From Verrucomicrobiota bacterium (GTDB lineage: Bacteria > Verrucomicrobiota > Kiritimatiellia > CAJWTS01): DNA of 64,000 nucleotides. Both the position numbers and the translations under genes were made by a program. Positions 1 to 8,409 of the stretch are shown one piece after another (within the stretch, counting starts at the first letter, position 1; every line of letters begins with the position of its first letter). The stretch covers positions 4,108 to 68,107 of the forward strand of contig JAQBYD010000011.1 of the NCBI GenBank assembly GCA_027623315.1, in the 5' to 3' direction. The notes beneath the pieces are model-generated. The model searched no databases. It worked only from the letters and a program-made list of their open reading frames with translations, and was not told where the DNA came from.

Positions 1-857
1 TCGGCGGTCTCGATGTGATTCACCTTCACGTCTACCACGCCGATGCCGATGCCGATCTCGGGCCGCACGTCACGCAGAGCGTGTAGATCGTCGTCGGGCC
101 GGTGCGCCAACTCCAGCACGAGATGGTCACAGCGTAGCGTATTCAGGAAGTCGGTCAGGTTCTTCCAGTCACCGCCCTGGATCGTTTGCCCACCATAGTT
201 CCCGAAGCAAAAATGTACCGCCTTCTCGACCGCGATCGCATCGAGGACGCGGTTGAGCGCCCCGGCGGCCACGGGTCCGTCCGACGGGCTGCCCGGAATG
301 TTGGCTTCGTCCACCTGCACGCACGCGCAGTTCAGGTCGCTGACCTGCGCGGCAAGTTGATCCGCGAGCGCCATCAGCAAGGCCTCGAAATTCCCGTAAT
401 AACGATCCAGCAAGGTGCGCGCGAGCATGTAGGGGCTCGTGACCGTGAATTTCACATTAGGGCCTGCAACGGAGAGCAGGCGCTCACAGTCCGCGGGCAG
501 ATTCAAGCTTCCTTCGCCAAGCGGACCTTCGACCACACCGGCCGGCTTGGATCGGAAACCCATGCCGGACTGCTCGGAGAATGCCTTCGAGTCGCTGCGG
601 CCGACCTCGGACCGGATTCCGTCCATGGGACGGATGAAGTACTCGATCATGCCGTTCGTGTCGGGGTGATTGACGTCAAAGCGATAGAGTTCGCCATCGG
701 TGGGAAGGTCGATGCCGAGTTGCCGTTGTGTATCCACGACTACGCGCGTCGCGTCCAGGACGGCCTGTTCGCTGGGCAACGCCGCCAGCCAGTCCGGTAC
801 GGGGTACGAGCCAACGGTCGTCGTGCGGATACGCGGGGACGTGTTCTGGTTCATCAT
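1..857 (-). CDS. Cobalamin-independent methionine synthase (MetE C-terminal/UroD-like) family protein; 5' part only, gene runs off window start
   Basis: Hand translation of minus strand from ATG at 857/854 (AAGGAA Shine-Dalgarno 3-6 nt upstream): MMNQNTSPRIRTTTVGSYPVPDWL...KFTVTSPYML...HFCFGNYGG... The TTTVGSYP motif and the H-x-C-FGNY zinc-ligand motif are typical of the MetE-like family. Absent from the ORF track because no stop lies inside the window. Confidence 0.55.
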   Translation of the reverse strand, partial: MMNQNTSPRIRTTTVGSYPVPDWLAALPSEQAVLDATRVVVDTQRQLGIDLPTDGELYRFDVNHPDTNGMIEYFIRPMDGIRSEVGRSDSKAFSEQSGMGFRSKPAGVVEGPLGEGSLNLPADCERLLSVAGPNVKFTVTSPYMLARTLLDRYYGNFEALLMALADQLAAQVSDLNCACVQVDEANIPGSPSDGPVAAGALNRVLDAIAVEKAVHFCFGNYGGQTIQGGDWKNLTDFLNTLRCDHLVLELAHRPDDDLHALRDVRPEIGIGIGVVDVKVNHIETA

Positions 858-875
858 CGGTTCCTTCTTGAGGGG

Positions 876-1706
876 TTAGTCGTCGAAGTCCAGGACCGCG
901 TGTACCATCTGGTCCTGCTGGTGCTCGAGAACGATGGTGCCGGCTGCCTGGGCGCGCATGACCAAGTGTTTGTCCACGATCATGCAATGTCCCTGGTGGC
1001 AGGTTTGCCGGCCAACCGGGCCCAGGGCATTCGCTGCCGCGAAGCCGGTCGTGTGCCTGGAGTCGAATAGAATCGCTTCCGTGATGAAGACGTTCGCTCG
1101 CGATTCGGCGTAGCGCGCCGCGACCGGCGGGTCGCCAAGGTCACGCGCGTGGATCATGTCCGACAGCTTGCCGCCGCCACCGGTGGAAATGAACTGATAG
1201 TCGATGCCCTGGGCGCTGATCGCTTCGGCCAACCCCTTGATCGCGACATCCGCGCAGATCAGTATCGCGCACCTCACACCGTTGATCTCGATCGGTATCC
1301 GCTCCGGCGTGCCGGGTGAGAAACCGGCGTTCGCCTCAATCGCCGAGAGACAGTGTTTTCGTTCCACGAGAGTCTTGCCGCTCGGGAAAGCCACCAGCAC
1401 GCTGTTGTAGAAAGATTTGTCATCGCGCTCGAGGAAGCCGGCCATGACGGTGATGTTCAGTTCCGCGGCCATCTTCTGAAGCGCCTGGCACGGGTCACTT
1501 TCGCGCGGCAGGCTAATTCGTTCCGTCGTCTCACGATCGATGTCGTAGTCGTATCCCTGCAGGACGCACTCGGATAAGAGCAGGACATCGGCCCCGACGG
1601 TCGAGGCCGCCGTCGCCTGCGTGCGAATCCGCGCGAGCGTCGCCTCGACGCCGCCCCCGGAGTGGACCTGTGCAGCCGCAACGTGAATGGATCGTGAGGA
1701 TGGCAT
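876..1706 (-). CDS. Carbon-nitrogen hydrolase (nitrilase/amidohydrolase superfamily)
   Basis: 276-aa ORF. VAAAQ N-terminus, conserved CAILICADV cysteine block and E-K-C architecture of the CN-hydrolase family. Stops 18 nt before the MetE-like gene, so an operon is likely. Confidence 0.7.
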   Translation of the reverse strand: MPSSRSIHVAAAQVHSGGGVEATLARIRTQATAASTVGADVLLLSECVLQGYDYDIDRETTERISLPRESDPCQALQKMAAELNITVMAGFLERDDKSFYNSVLVAFPSGKTLVERKHCLSAIEANAGFSPGTPERIPIEINGVRCAILICADVAIKGLAEAISAQGIDYQFISTGGGGKLSDMIHARDLGDPPVAARYAESRANVFITEAILFDSRHTTGFAAANALGPVGRQTCHQGHCMIVDKHLVMRAQAAGTIVLEHQQDQMVHAVLDFDD

Positions 1707-1821
1707 TACTTGCGATGAGCCATGTGGCCGTTTGTTAATCTTGTCTTCATCTTCGTGGGCATCCAGTGATGGGTGGGGGTTGATCCGGCTGCATTGATCT
1801 ACGGGAGGACGCTACACGAGA

Positions 1822-3747
1822 TCAAGACCCGATCCGCGACCCCGTGGGCATTCGCGGCCGCCCATGAGAGGTGCGGATCTGCGTTGCCGCTCCGCCTCTC
1901 GCGGGTCGGGGCCCGGTCGTCGGGGCGACCGCGTCATCCCACGCGCTGACCGACTGGTTGGTATAGGCAATGCCTCGCACGTCGGCCGGCCGGTCGTCCA
2001 GCGTACGAATGCGCAGACCAGCCTGCCACTGGCCCTGCCATTGGTTGATCCGATACAGGATGCGGTTAAGTCCCTTGCGGAGCATAACCGGTTTGTCCAG
2101 CGCCGTGCGGATCGCCGTGCCCTCCTCGGTAATTGTCATGACCTTGTCGCCGTTGATCCAGACGATCAGGTTGTCGTCGCCCATTCCCTTCAGCAGGTAC
2201 GTCCCTGCCGCCGCGGCCGAGACTTCGGTATAGGCGTAGGCCGAAGCCTCGGGCATGGCATTGTAGGTCCGGCCCGAGAACATCTTGCCGAAGTCCATCA
2301 GCGCGAAGGGGTCGGTATTCGCCTCGTCATAGCGGGACCAGGCGGTCACCATGCTCCTGATTTCACACGGATTCTGCGGAATCTCTACCGACTCCGGTGC
2401 CGCCGTCTCCGAGACCTGCATGTAGGGCAGTGGCCCGAGTATGCGCCAGTCGTAACCGCGATACAGGACTAAGGTGCGCTCCTGCACAAGTTTGTTCTCG
2501 TGCAGCAGACGACAGCGCAGCAGGTACTCACGCTTGTCGAGCGGACGAGGCAACTGCAGGTCGTAGGGGAACCGCAAGAGCCGGTGATCGGCCGCCAGCA
2601 GTGGTAGCAGCCTTCGGCGTGTCCGCCCCCCGGGCAGATCGAGGGTCAGTTCGAGGGACGACCGTTCGAGATCTAACCGGTTGTTGAGCACATAGATCTC
2701 TACCGAAGGATCGTTCGTCGCTCCGATCGCCAGGGCATCGCAGGTCAGGCTTAGCACGGCCGGCGGAGACTCGGTCCCCGTAATCGACGTCGGTGGATCG
2801 AGCCCGATGTATGTGCGCGAGCCCGGCGGCGGGGCGGAATTCGTCGGGGTGAGCAGAACCTGATCCACTTTGACATCATCCTGGTAAACGCGAAAACCGG
2901 CGTAATTCGGTCCGTGCATGAGATGTACGGGAGGCGTTCGATGCCACAACCAGACATAGGGTGTCGACCCGTTGTGGCCGACCACGGTTTGCGCGCGACC
3001 ATTGAAATTCATATTGATCATATTCGAACACTGCGAGCGGTGCGCCATGGTGCGCACCCATACGTAGTACGTGCCGGTTTCCGGAACGATAAACCAACAT
3101 CGCGCTTCGATCGGACGGTTGTCGCCGGTGACGTTATACACGTCTCCTGCCCGCCGATCGGGATGGACCTCCTTCGCGGAGTAGTCTACGTCGCCGCGCC
3201 CTTCTTTAAGGTGAATGTATGCTCCGCCGCCGGCGTCCGCCGCTTGCCGGATCTCCCAGCCGTACGAAAGAAACTGAAAGTGCTCGGCCTCCAACACTAT
3301 TTCCTGTGGGCCGGGCCGAATCGCATCCCCGGCCTCGCTATAGATGGCTTCCCCGGTCAGGGCGTCGCGGCGAATAGGCGGCGCCGGCACCTCAAGCAGC
3401 AGCGGCTGATCATGACGAATCAATCCGCGGATCGGAAACGGCCCGGGCCAACTCAGTACACCCGTGGTCGGATCCCAGAGCAACGGCGCCTGCGGCGCCC
3501 GATCGTTGGCGGGCCCGCACCGTATCAGAGATGCCGGCAGGTAGCCGTCGACGAGTTCAATGAGTTCTTGAGGGAACCGCGCCTGGTCCAAACGGAAACG
3601 TAGGATCGCGTCGCGTACCTCCCAGACGTGCCGCCGTTCCGCGTCCAGTCGGATGCGGTCGGAGCGCGCGAGCCAGCGGTCGGCAACCCAGCCTGAGGCG
3701 GCGAGCCCGGCGAGAAGTATAAAGACGATGGCCACTCTCTTAATCAT
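1822..3747 (-). CDS. Membrane-anchored/secreted hypothetical protein with a T2SS GspG-like (pseudopilin) fold segment and two lectin/CBM-like repeats
   Basis: 641-aa ORF. N-terminal hydrophobic anchor MIKRVAIVFILLAGLAASGWVA. ILRFRLDQARFPQELIELVDGYLP resembles the GspG C-domain motif (LDxxRLDNGxYPTxxQGLxAL). Repeated GTYYVWVRT / GTYLLKG...IVWINGD beta-sandwich-like segments. No classical prepilin leader. Confidence 0.5.
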   Translation of the reverse strand: MIKRVAIVFILLAGLAASGWVADRWLARSDRIRLDAERRHVWEVRDAILRFRLDQARFPQELIELVDGYLPASLIRCGPANDRAPQAPLLWDPTTGVLSWPGPFPIRGLIRHDQPLLLEVPAPPIRRDALTGEAIYSEAGDAIRPGPQEIVLEAEHFQFLSYGWEIRQAADAGGGAYIHLKEGRGDVDYSAKEVHPDRRAGDVYNVTGDNRPIEARCWFIVPETGTYYVWVRTMAHRSQCSNMINMNFNGRAQTVVGHNGSTPYVWLWHRTPPVHLMHGPNYAGFRVYQDDVKVDQVLLTPTNSAPPPGSRTYIGLDPPTSITGTESPPAVLSLTCDALAIGATNDPSVEIYVLNNRLDLERSSLELTLDLPGGRTRRRLLPLLAADHRLLRFPYDLQLPRPLDKREYLLRCRLLHENKLVQERTLVLYRGYDWRILGPLPYMQVSETAAPESVEIPQNPCEIRSMVTAWSRYDEANTDPFALMDFGKMFSGRTYNAMPEASAYAYTEVSAAAAGTYLLKGMGDDNLIVWINGDKVMTITEEGTAIRTALDKPVMLRKGLNRILYRINQWQGQWQAGLRIRTLDDRPADVRGIAYTNQSVSAWDDAVAPTTGPRPARGGAATQIRTSHGRPRMPTGSRIGS

Positions 3748-3847
3748 GGTGATTTCGATTCCGTTGAACTCCTCGCGCCAGCCTTCGACAGCGCCGGACT
3801 AAATCTGATTGTTTTAGACCAATTCGCGCGGCTGAACAGGTGCTTGC

Positions 3848-4309
3848 CTACCGGCGTTGCATGCGGAACGTACCGTGGTCGCGCTCGCATTGGTAGTTGG
3901 CACGGAAGCTGGTGCCGGTCACCCCGCCGCTGTAGGTGTACACTCCTCCCGCCAGGGCGCCCAGGTCGGCCTGGCCGGTGAAGGAGTAGGCGCCCGCGCT
4001 TCCCTCGACGTCTACCGGAAGGGAGTATTCGAATCGCAGGATTCCCATGTACGTCGCGCGGTATCGGGTCTCGAGCCTGGAATCCTGCATTGGGCTAATG
4101 ATACAGCGCAGGCCGCCGTGATGCCCATTGGCGTCGCTTTGCCAGGATCCCTGCCAGAGGCCGGCCAGTTCATCGTGGGCCGCGTCTGCGTGGTGGCGCC
4201 AGTCCCGGTTGAAGGTAGAACAACCGCCGGCAAGCAAGCCCGCAAGAGCCAACGCCAGGGTCACTGGGGTCATAGGTCCCGCTGCAAGACTACGAATACC
4301 GCGTTTCAT
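3848..4309 (-). CDS. Hypothetical lipoprotein
   Basis: ORF 3848..4366. A likely start is the internal MKRGIRS followed by the LAGLLAGGCS lipobox. No recognisable family. Confidence 0.4.
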   Translation of the reverse strand: MKRGIRSLAAGPMTPVTLALALAGLLAGGCSTFNRDWRHHADAAHDELAGLWQGSWQSDANGHHGGLRCIISPMQDSRLETRYRATYMGILRFEYSLPVDVEGSAGAYSFTGQADLGALAGGVYTYSGGVTGTSFRANYQCERDHGTFRMQRR

Positions 4310-4594
4310 TTTACAATGCAGTAGCCATGTTTGTTCTCTCTGTATTGCGTGTGAAGTGCGGCTCACTCGCTGTCATCGATCATTCAACACTAGTAGAAGA
4401 CATTCCGCACTACGATTCAATTTCGCACCTTTTTCCTTGTATTCACACGCCTGTCAGCTACGGTTGTAGACGAGTGTCGCGGAGGAGCTTACCGCGCATC
4501 TGTCCGCGCTGGGGAGCGCGTTCTTTCATTGGCAGCCCCGCGAACGCGCCGACAGATTGAATCTACGATTAGAGAAACAGGGGATCGACCAAAG

Positions 4595-6814
4595 ATGAAT
4601 CGCACTAATGTATCGTTGTTGGGCGTCGGGCTTGGCGTCTTGATGGTGGCCACCTTCATCGAAGCCGCCGACTCGCCGCATTGGCGCGGTCCGGGTCAGA
4701 ACGGCGCTTCCGCAGAGTCCGGCTTGCCGGAGACCTGGTCCCCGGACGGAGAGAACCTGCTGTGGAAGGCCGCTGTCGGTTGCCGGTCAACGCCGGTGAT
4801 TCTGAACGACCGCGTCTACCTGATTAACCGTGTGGGCGAAGGGGCGCATCGGCAGGAACGTGTGATGGCGCTCGATCTCAACACGGGCGAAATCGTGTGG
4901 GAACATCGCTTCAACGTGTTTCTGACCGACGTCGTGTTTCATCGCGTGGGCTGGGCGAACATCGTTGCCGATCCTGAGACCGGGTACGTGTACGCTCACG
5001 GTATCCAGGGCATGCTCTTTTGCTTCGACAAGGATGGTAAGATCATCTGGAAACGTTCGCTGACCGAGGAACTCGGCCGAATATCGGGGTATGGCGGGCG
5101 TACGAACTCGCCCATTCTTGAGAACAACCTGCTGATCATTAGTTCGCTGACCAGTGGGTGGGGTCCGCATGGCCGGGGACTGCATCGCTTCGTCGCCATG
5201 GATAAGCGCACCGGGGAGATTCAGTGGTGGTCGGCGCCAAGTGGGGCGCCGCTGGATACAACGTATTCGGTTCCGATCACGACGACTTTGGACGGTCGGC
5301 GTGTCATGTTGACCGGCCTGGCCGACGGTACGATCGTCGCGATGCGTCCGAGTACCGGCGAGAGACTGTGGCAGTTCGAGTTGAGCAAGCGCGGAATCAG
5401 CAGTTCCGTAGTCTATGGCGACGGCCGTGTGTATGGCGCGCACAGCGAGGAGAATCTGGATTCGGTGCTGATGGGTCGCGTGGTCTGCCTTGATGCGCGC
5501 ACCGGTAAAGAGATCTGGCGGGTGGATGGCCTGGCTTGCGGGTACGCCTCGCTCTCGCTTGCTGACGGGTTGCTCTACGTGCCCGAGAACGCAGCCAACC
5601 TGCACTGCATCGACGCCGTGTCCGGAGAACGCCTTTGGCAATTTAACTACGGAAACGAAGCCAAGGGCTCGCCGATGATCGCCGACGGCAAAGCGTACGT
5701 GGGCGACGGGCACGGGTCCTGGAGCATCCTCAAGGTGTCCCGCGAGGGGTGTGAGTCGTTGAGCAAAGTGCACTTCGAGCTTCCCGATGGGTCCCCTGAC
5801 GAGGTCTACGCGACGCCCGCGATCGCCCATGGGCGGGTGATCATGCCCACGATGCACAATCTCTACTGCGCGTCCGGAAAAGCGGCGGACTTTCGATCAC
5901 CGGGCGAGGCGGTCCGATTTGGAGCCGACGCAAAGATCGAGGCGGGGCCCCTTGCGCATGTGCAAATCGTGCCGGCCGAGGCATGGGCGGCGCCCGGAGA
6001 GCAGCTGTCTTTCAGCCTGCAGGGATTCGACGCCGACGGGAATGCCCTCGGGTCCGTCGAGGGCGCATCGTTTTCTACCAAGGACTTGGCCGGTTCGGTC
6101 GCGCCCGACGGTACCTTCACGGCGGCCGGCGATCGGATCCTGGCTGGCGCTGTCATCGGAAAGTCCGGCGACTCGACATCCAGCGCACGGGTTCGCGTCG
6201 TGCCGCCGTTTCCTTATAAGGAGGATTTCGAGAATGGGAAGCCGGGACTTCCTCCATCGGGCTGGATCACGTCCAAACTAAAATGCCAGGTCACCGAGCA
6301 TGAAGGCGGCAAAGTTCTGCGCAAGCTCGCCGACCGCCCTGCGCCGCCGTTCGCCCGGCTGCGCTGCTACATCACCCCGCCCGTAGCGAGTGGATATACA
6401 ATACAGAGCGACATCCTGGGCGTACCCAAGAAAAAACGGCTTTTGCCCGACATGGGTCTGATCAACAGCAGGTACCTGCTGATTCTGACCGGCACCTCCG
6501 AGCGCACGCGGACGTTGCGCCTGGTTTCGTGGGCTCCGGTGCCGCGGGTCATTAGCGAAATCGACTTTCCATGGATCGGCGACACCTGGTATACGGCGCG
6601 GCTAAGTGTCGACGTCGCTGAGGGCAAGGGCGTCGTGCGCGCAAAGGTCTGGGCGCGCGGAGAGGATGAACCCGAAGCCTGGTCCCTCGAGATGACCGAC
6701 CCCGTTCCGAATCTAGAAGGAAGTCCGGGCCTGTATGCCTATTCCGTCGGCGTGACGGAGAAATCGAAAGGAACGGAAGTCCTGTTCGATAACGTTCTTA
6801 TCGAGCGGAACTAG
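4595..6814 (+). CDS. PQQ-like beta-propeller repeat protein (BamB/YVTN type) with signal peptide and a C-terminal non-propeller domain
   Basis: ORF 4529..6814. The start was moved to MNRTNVSLLGVGLGVLMVATFIEA, a signal peptide. Repeated blades of the G.L.A.D..TG...W type throughout. Paralogue of 6912..8333 and 55788..57047. Confidence 0.7.
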   Translation: MNRTNVSLLGVGLGVLMVATFIEAADSPHWRGPGQNGASAESGLPETWSPDGENLLWKAAVGCRSTPVILNDRVYLINRVGEGAHRQERVMALDLNTGEIVWEHRFNVFLTDVVFHRVGWANIVADPETGYVYAHGIQGMLFCFDKDGKIIWKRSLTEELGRISGYGGRTNSPILENNLLIISSLTSGWGPHGRGLHRFVAMDKRTGEIQWWSAPSGAPLDTTYSVPITTTLDGRRVMLTGLADGTIVAMRPSTGERLWQFELSKRGISSSVVYGDGRVYGAHSEENLDSVLMGRVVCLDARTGKEIWRVDGLACGYASLSLADGLLYVPENAANLHCIDAVSGERLWQFNYGNEAKGSPMIADGKAYVGDGHGSWSILKVSREGCESLSKVHFELPDGSPDEVYATPAIAHGRVIMPTMHNLYCASGKAADFRSPGEAVRFGADAKIEAGPLAHVQIVPAEAWAAPGEQLSFSLQGFDADGNALGSVEGASFSTKDLAGSVAPDGTFTAAGDRILAGAVIGKSGDSTSSARVRVVPPFPYKEDFENGKPGLPPSGWITSKLKCQVTEHEGGKVLRKLADRPAPPFARLRCYITPPVASGYTIQSDILGVPKKKRLLPDMGLINSRYLLILTGTSERTRTLRLVSWAPVPRVISEIDFPWIGDTWYTARLSVDVAEGKGVVRAKVWARGEDEPEAWSLEMTDPVPNLEGSPGLYAYSVGVTEKSKGTEVLFDNVLIERN

Positions 6815-6831
6815 TTGCTCCGCAGAGGATT

Positions 6832-6887
6832 TTGACAGGACGATTACTCGACAGGACGATTATCTGAGTACCCCTTACCCCCTTACC
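6832..6887 (+). promoter_or_regulatory. Direct-repeat motif pair (gacaggacgatta x2 with 16-nt period, then ccttacc x2) plus a TTGACA hexamer in the 97-bp spacer upstream of the second PQQ-propeller gene
   Basis: Read directly from the sequence at 6834-6846 and 6850-6862. TTGACA lies at 6832-6837. AGGAGA Shine-Dalgarno before ATG 6912. Confidence 0.3.
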
Positions 6888-6911
6888 ACTCGCCATAACA
6901 GGAGACCACCC

Positions 6912-8333
6912 ATGCACAAGCACCTCACCTACCTGACGTGTACCGTCCTATGCTCCACCGCGCTCAACGCCGCCGATGTTCCTCAGTGGGGCGCCGGGCC
7001 GAATCGTAACATGGTCAATACGGTCGAGAAGGGGCTGCCGACGGAATGGGATATCAAGTCTGGTAAGAATGTTAAGTGGTCGGTCAAGCTCGGATCCCAG
7101 TCGTATGGAAATCCCGTGATTGCGGATGGTAGCGTTTTTGTGGGAACGAACAACGAGGGAGGGTACGACCCGGAGGTCAAGGGGGACAAGGGCAACATCC
7201 TCTGCTTCGCCGAGAAGGACGGCGCCTTTCTCTGGCAGGCGGTGCACGACAAACTGAGCGCAGGCCGCGTGAATGATTGGCCGTACCAGGGCATCTGCTC
7301 AACGATCTGTATCGAGGGCGATCGCGGCTGGTACCTGAATAACCGCTGCGAGGTCGTCTGCATCACCACACGCGGCATGGTCGATGGAAAGAACGAGGGC
7401 GTTCAGGACGAGACGTACTCGGGGGCCAAGAAAGCCGATGTGATCTGGCGCTACGATATGATCGAAGAACTCGGCGTATTTCCGCATAACCTCGCAACCT
7501 CGTCGCCAATTGTTCACGGAGACCTGGTGTTTGTCGTCACCGGGAACGGCGTGGATGAAGGGCACCTCAATCTTCCTTCCCAGGTGTCGCCGAGCTTCGC
7601 GGCATTCAATAAGAAGACCGGTGAACTGGCCTGGGAGTACGCCGTCGAAGGCAGGATCCTGCACGGGCAATGGTCGTCGCCATCCATCGGGATTGTGAAT
7701 GGAAAGGCACAGGCTATATTTCCGGGTGGTGATGGTTGGATCTACTCCCTCGAGCCCGCGACCGGGGAACTAATCTGGAAGTTCAACTGTAACCCCGTCG
7801 ACGCCACGTGGGAACTCGGGGGCTACGGGACGAAGAACAATCTGATCGCGACGCCAGTCGTTCTCGACGACAAGGTCTACATCGGGGTCGGTCAGGATCC
7901 GGAGCACGGGACCGGTACGGGGCACCTTTACGCGATTGACGCGACCGGCAAGGGAGACGTCACGCAGTCCCACCAGGCGTGGCATCTCGGTGGCGATGAC
8001 TTTGGGCGTACGATGAGCACCGTCGCGATTCACGAGGGCCTGCTCTACGTGTCGGAATTGTCCGGCGTTCTCTTCTGCATCGAGGCCGCCACGGGAAAAG
8101 TGATATGGAAACACGATCAGCAGGCCTCGGTTTGGGGATCGAGCATGGTTGTGGATGGCCACGTTTACATCGGCGACGAAGACGGTGATGTGACGGTGCT
8201 TGAGCAGGGCCGGGAGCTTAAAGTCATAAACACGATCAATATGGGCGAGTCGGTCTATACCACGCCCACCGCAGCTAATGGCGTGCTTTACATCACCACG
8301 AAGTCGCATCTATATGCGATCGCGAGTGAGTAA
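6912..8333 (+). CDS. PQQ-like beta-propeller repeat protein (BamB/YVTN type), secreted
   Basis: 473-aa ORF. Signal peptide MHKHLTYLTCTVLCSTALNAA. Propeller blade repeats (LYAIDA.TGK..W, LYVS...G.L.C.EA.TGK..W). Confidence 0.7.
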   Translation: MHKHLTYLTCTVLCSTALNAADVPQWGAGPNRNMVNTVEKGLPTEWDIKSGKNVKWSVKLGSQSYGNPVIADGSVFVGTNNEGGYDPEVKGDKGNILCFAEKDGAFLWQAVHDKLSAGRVNDWPYQGICSTICIEGDRGWYLNNRCEVVCITTRGMVDGKNEGVQDETYSGAKKADVIWRYDMIEELGVFPHNLATSSPIVHGDLVFVVTGNGVDEGHLNLPSQVSPSFAAFNKKTGELAWEYAVEGRILHGQWSSPSIGIVNGKAQAIFPGGDGWIYSLEPATGELIWKFNCNPVDATWELGGYGTKNNLIATPVVLDDKVYIGVGQDPEHGTGTGHLYAIDATGKGDVTQSHQAWHLGGDDFGRTMSTVAIHEGLLYVSELSGVLFCIEAATGKVIWKHDQQASVWGSSMVVDGHVYIGDEDGDVTVLEQGRELKVINTINMGESVYTTPTAANGVLYITTKSHLYAIASE

Positions 8334-8409
8334 GCCGCTTTCAATGATGGTTACCGGCCCCAGCAGGCGTAGCCTAACCGCACGAGAGGAGACCCGCGTT
8401 ACCGCGTCC

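Noticed and set aside
186-1070. 294-aa plus-strand ORF
   Set aside because: It lies antisense to the better-supported CN-hydrolase and MetE-like genes and has no family resemblance. Typical high-GC shadow ORF.
4787-5857. 356-aa minus-strand ORF
   Set aside because: Antisense shadow of the PQQ-propeller gene.
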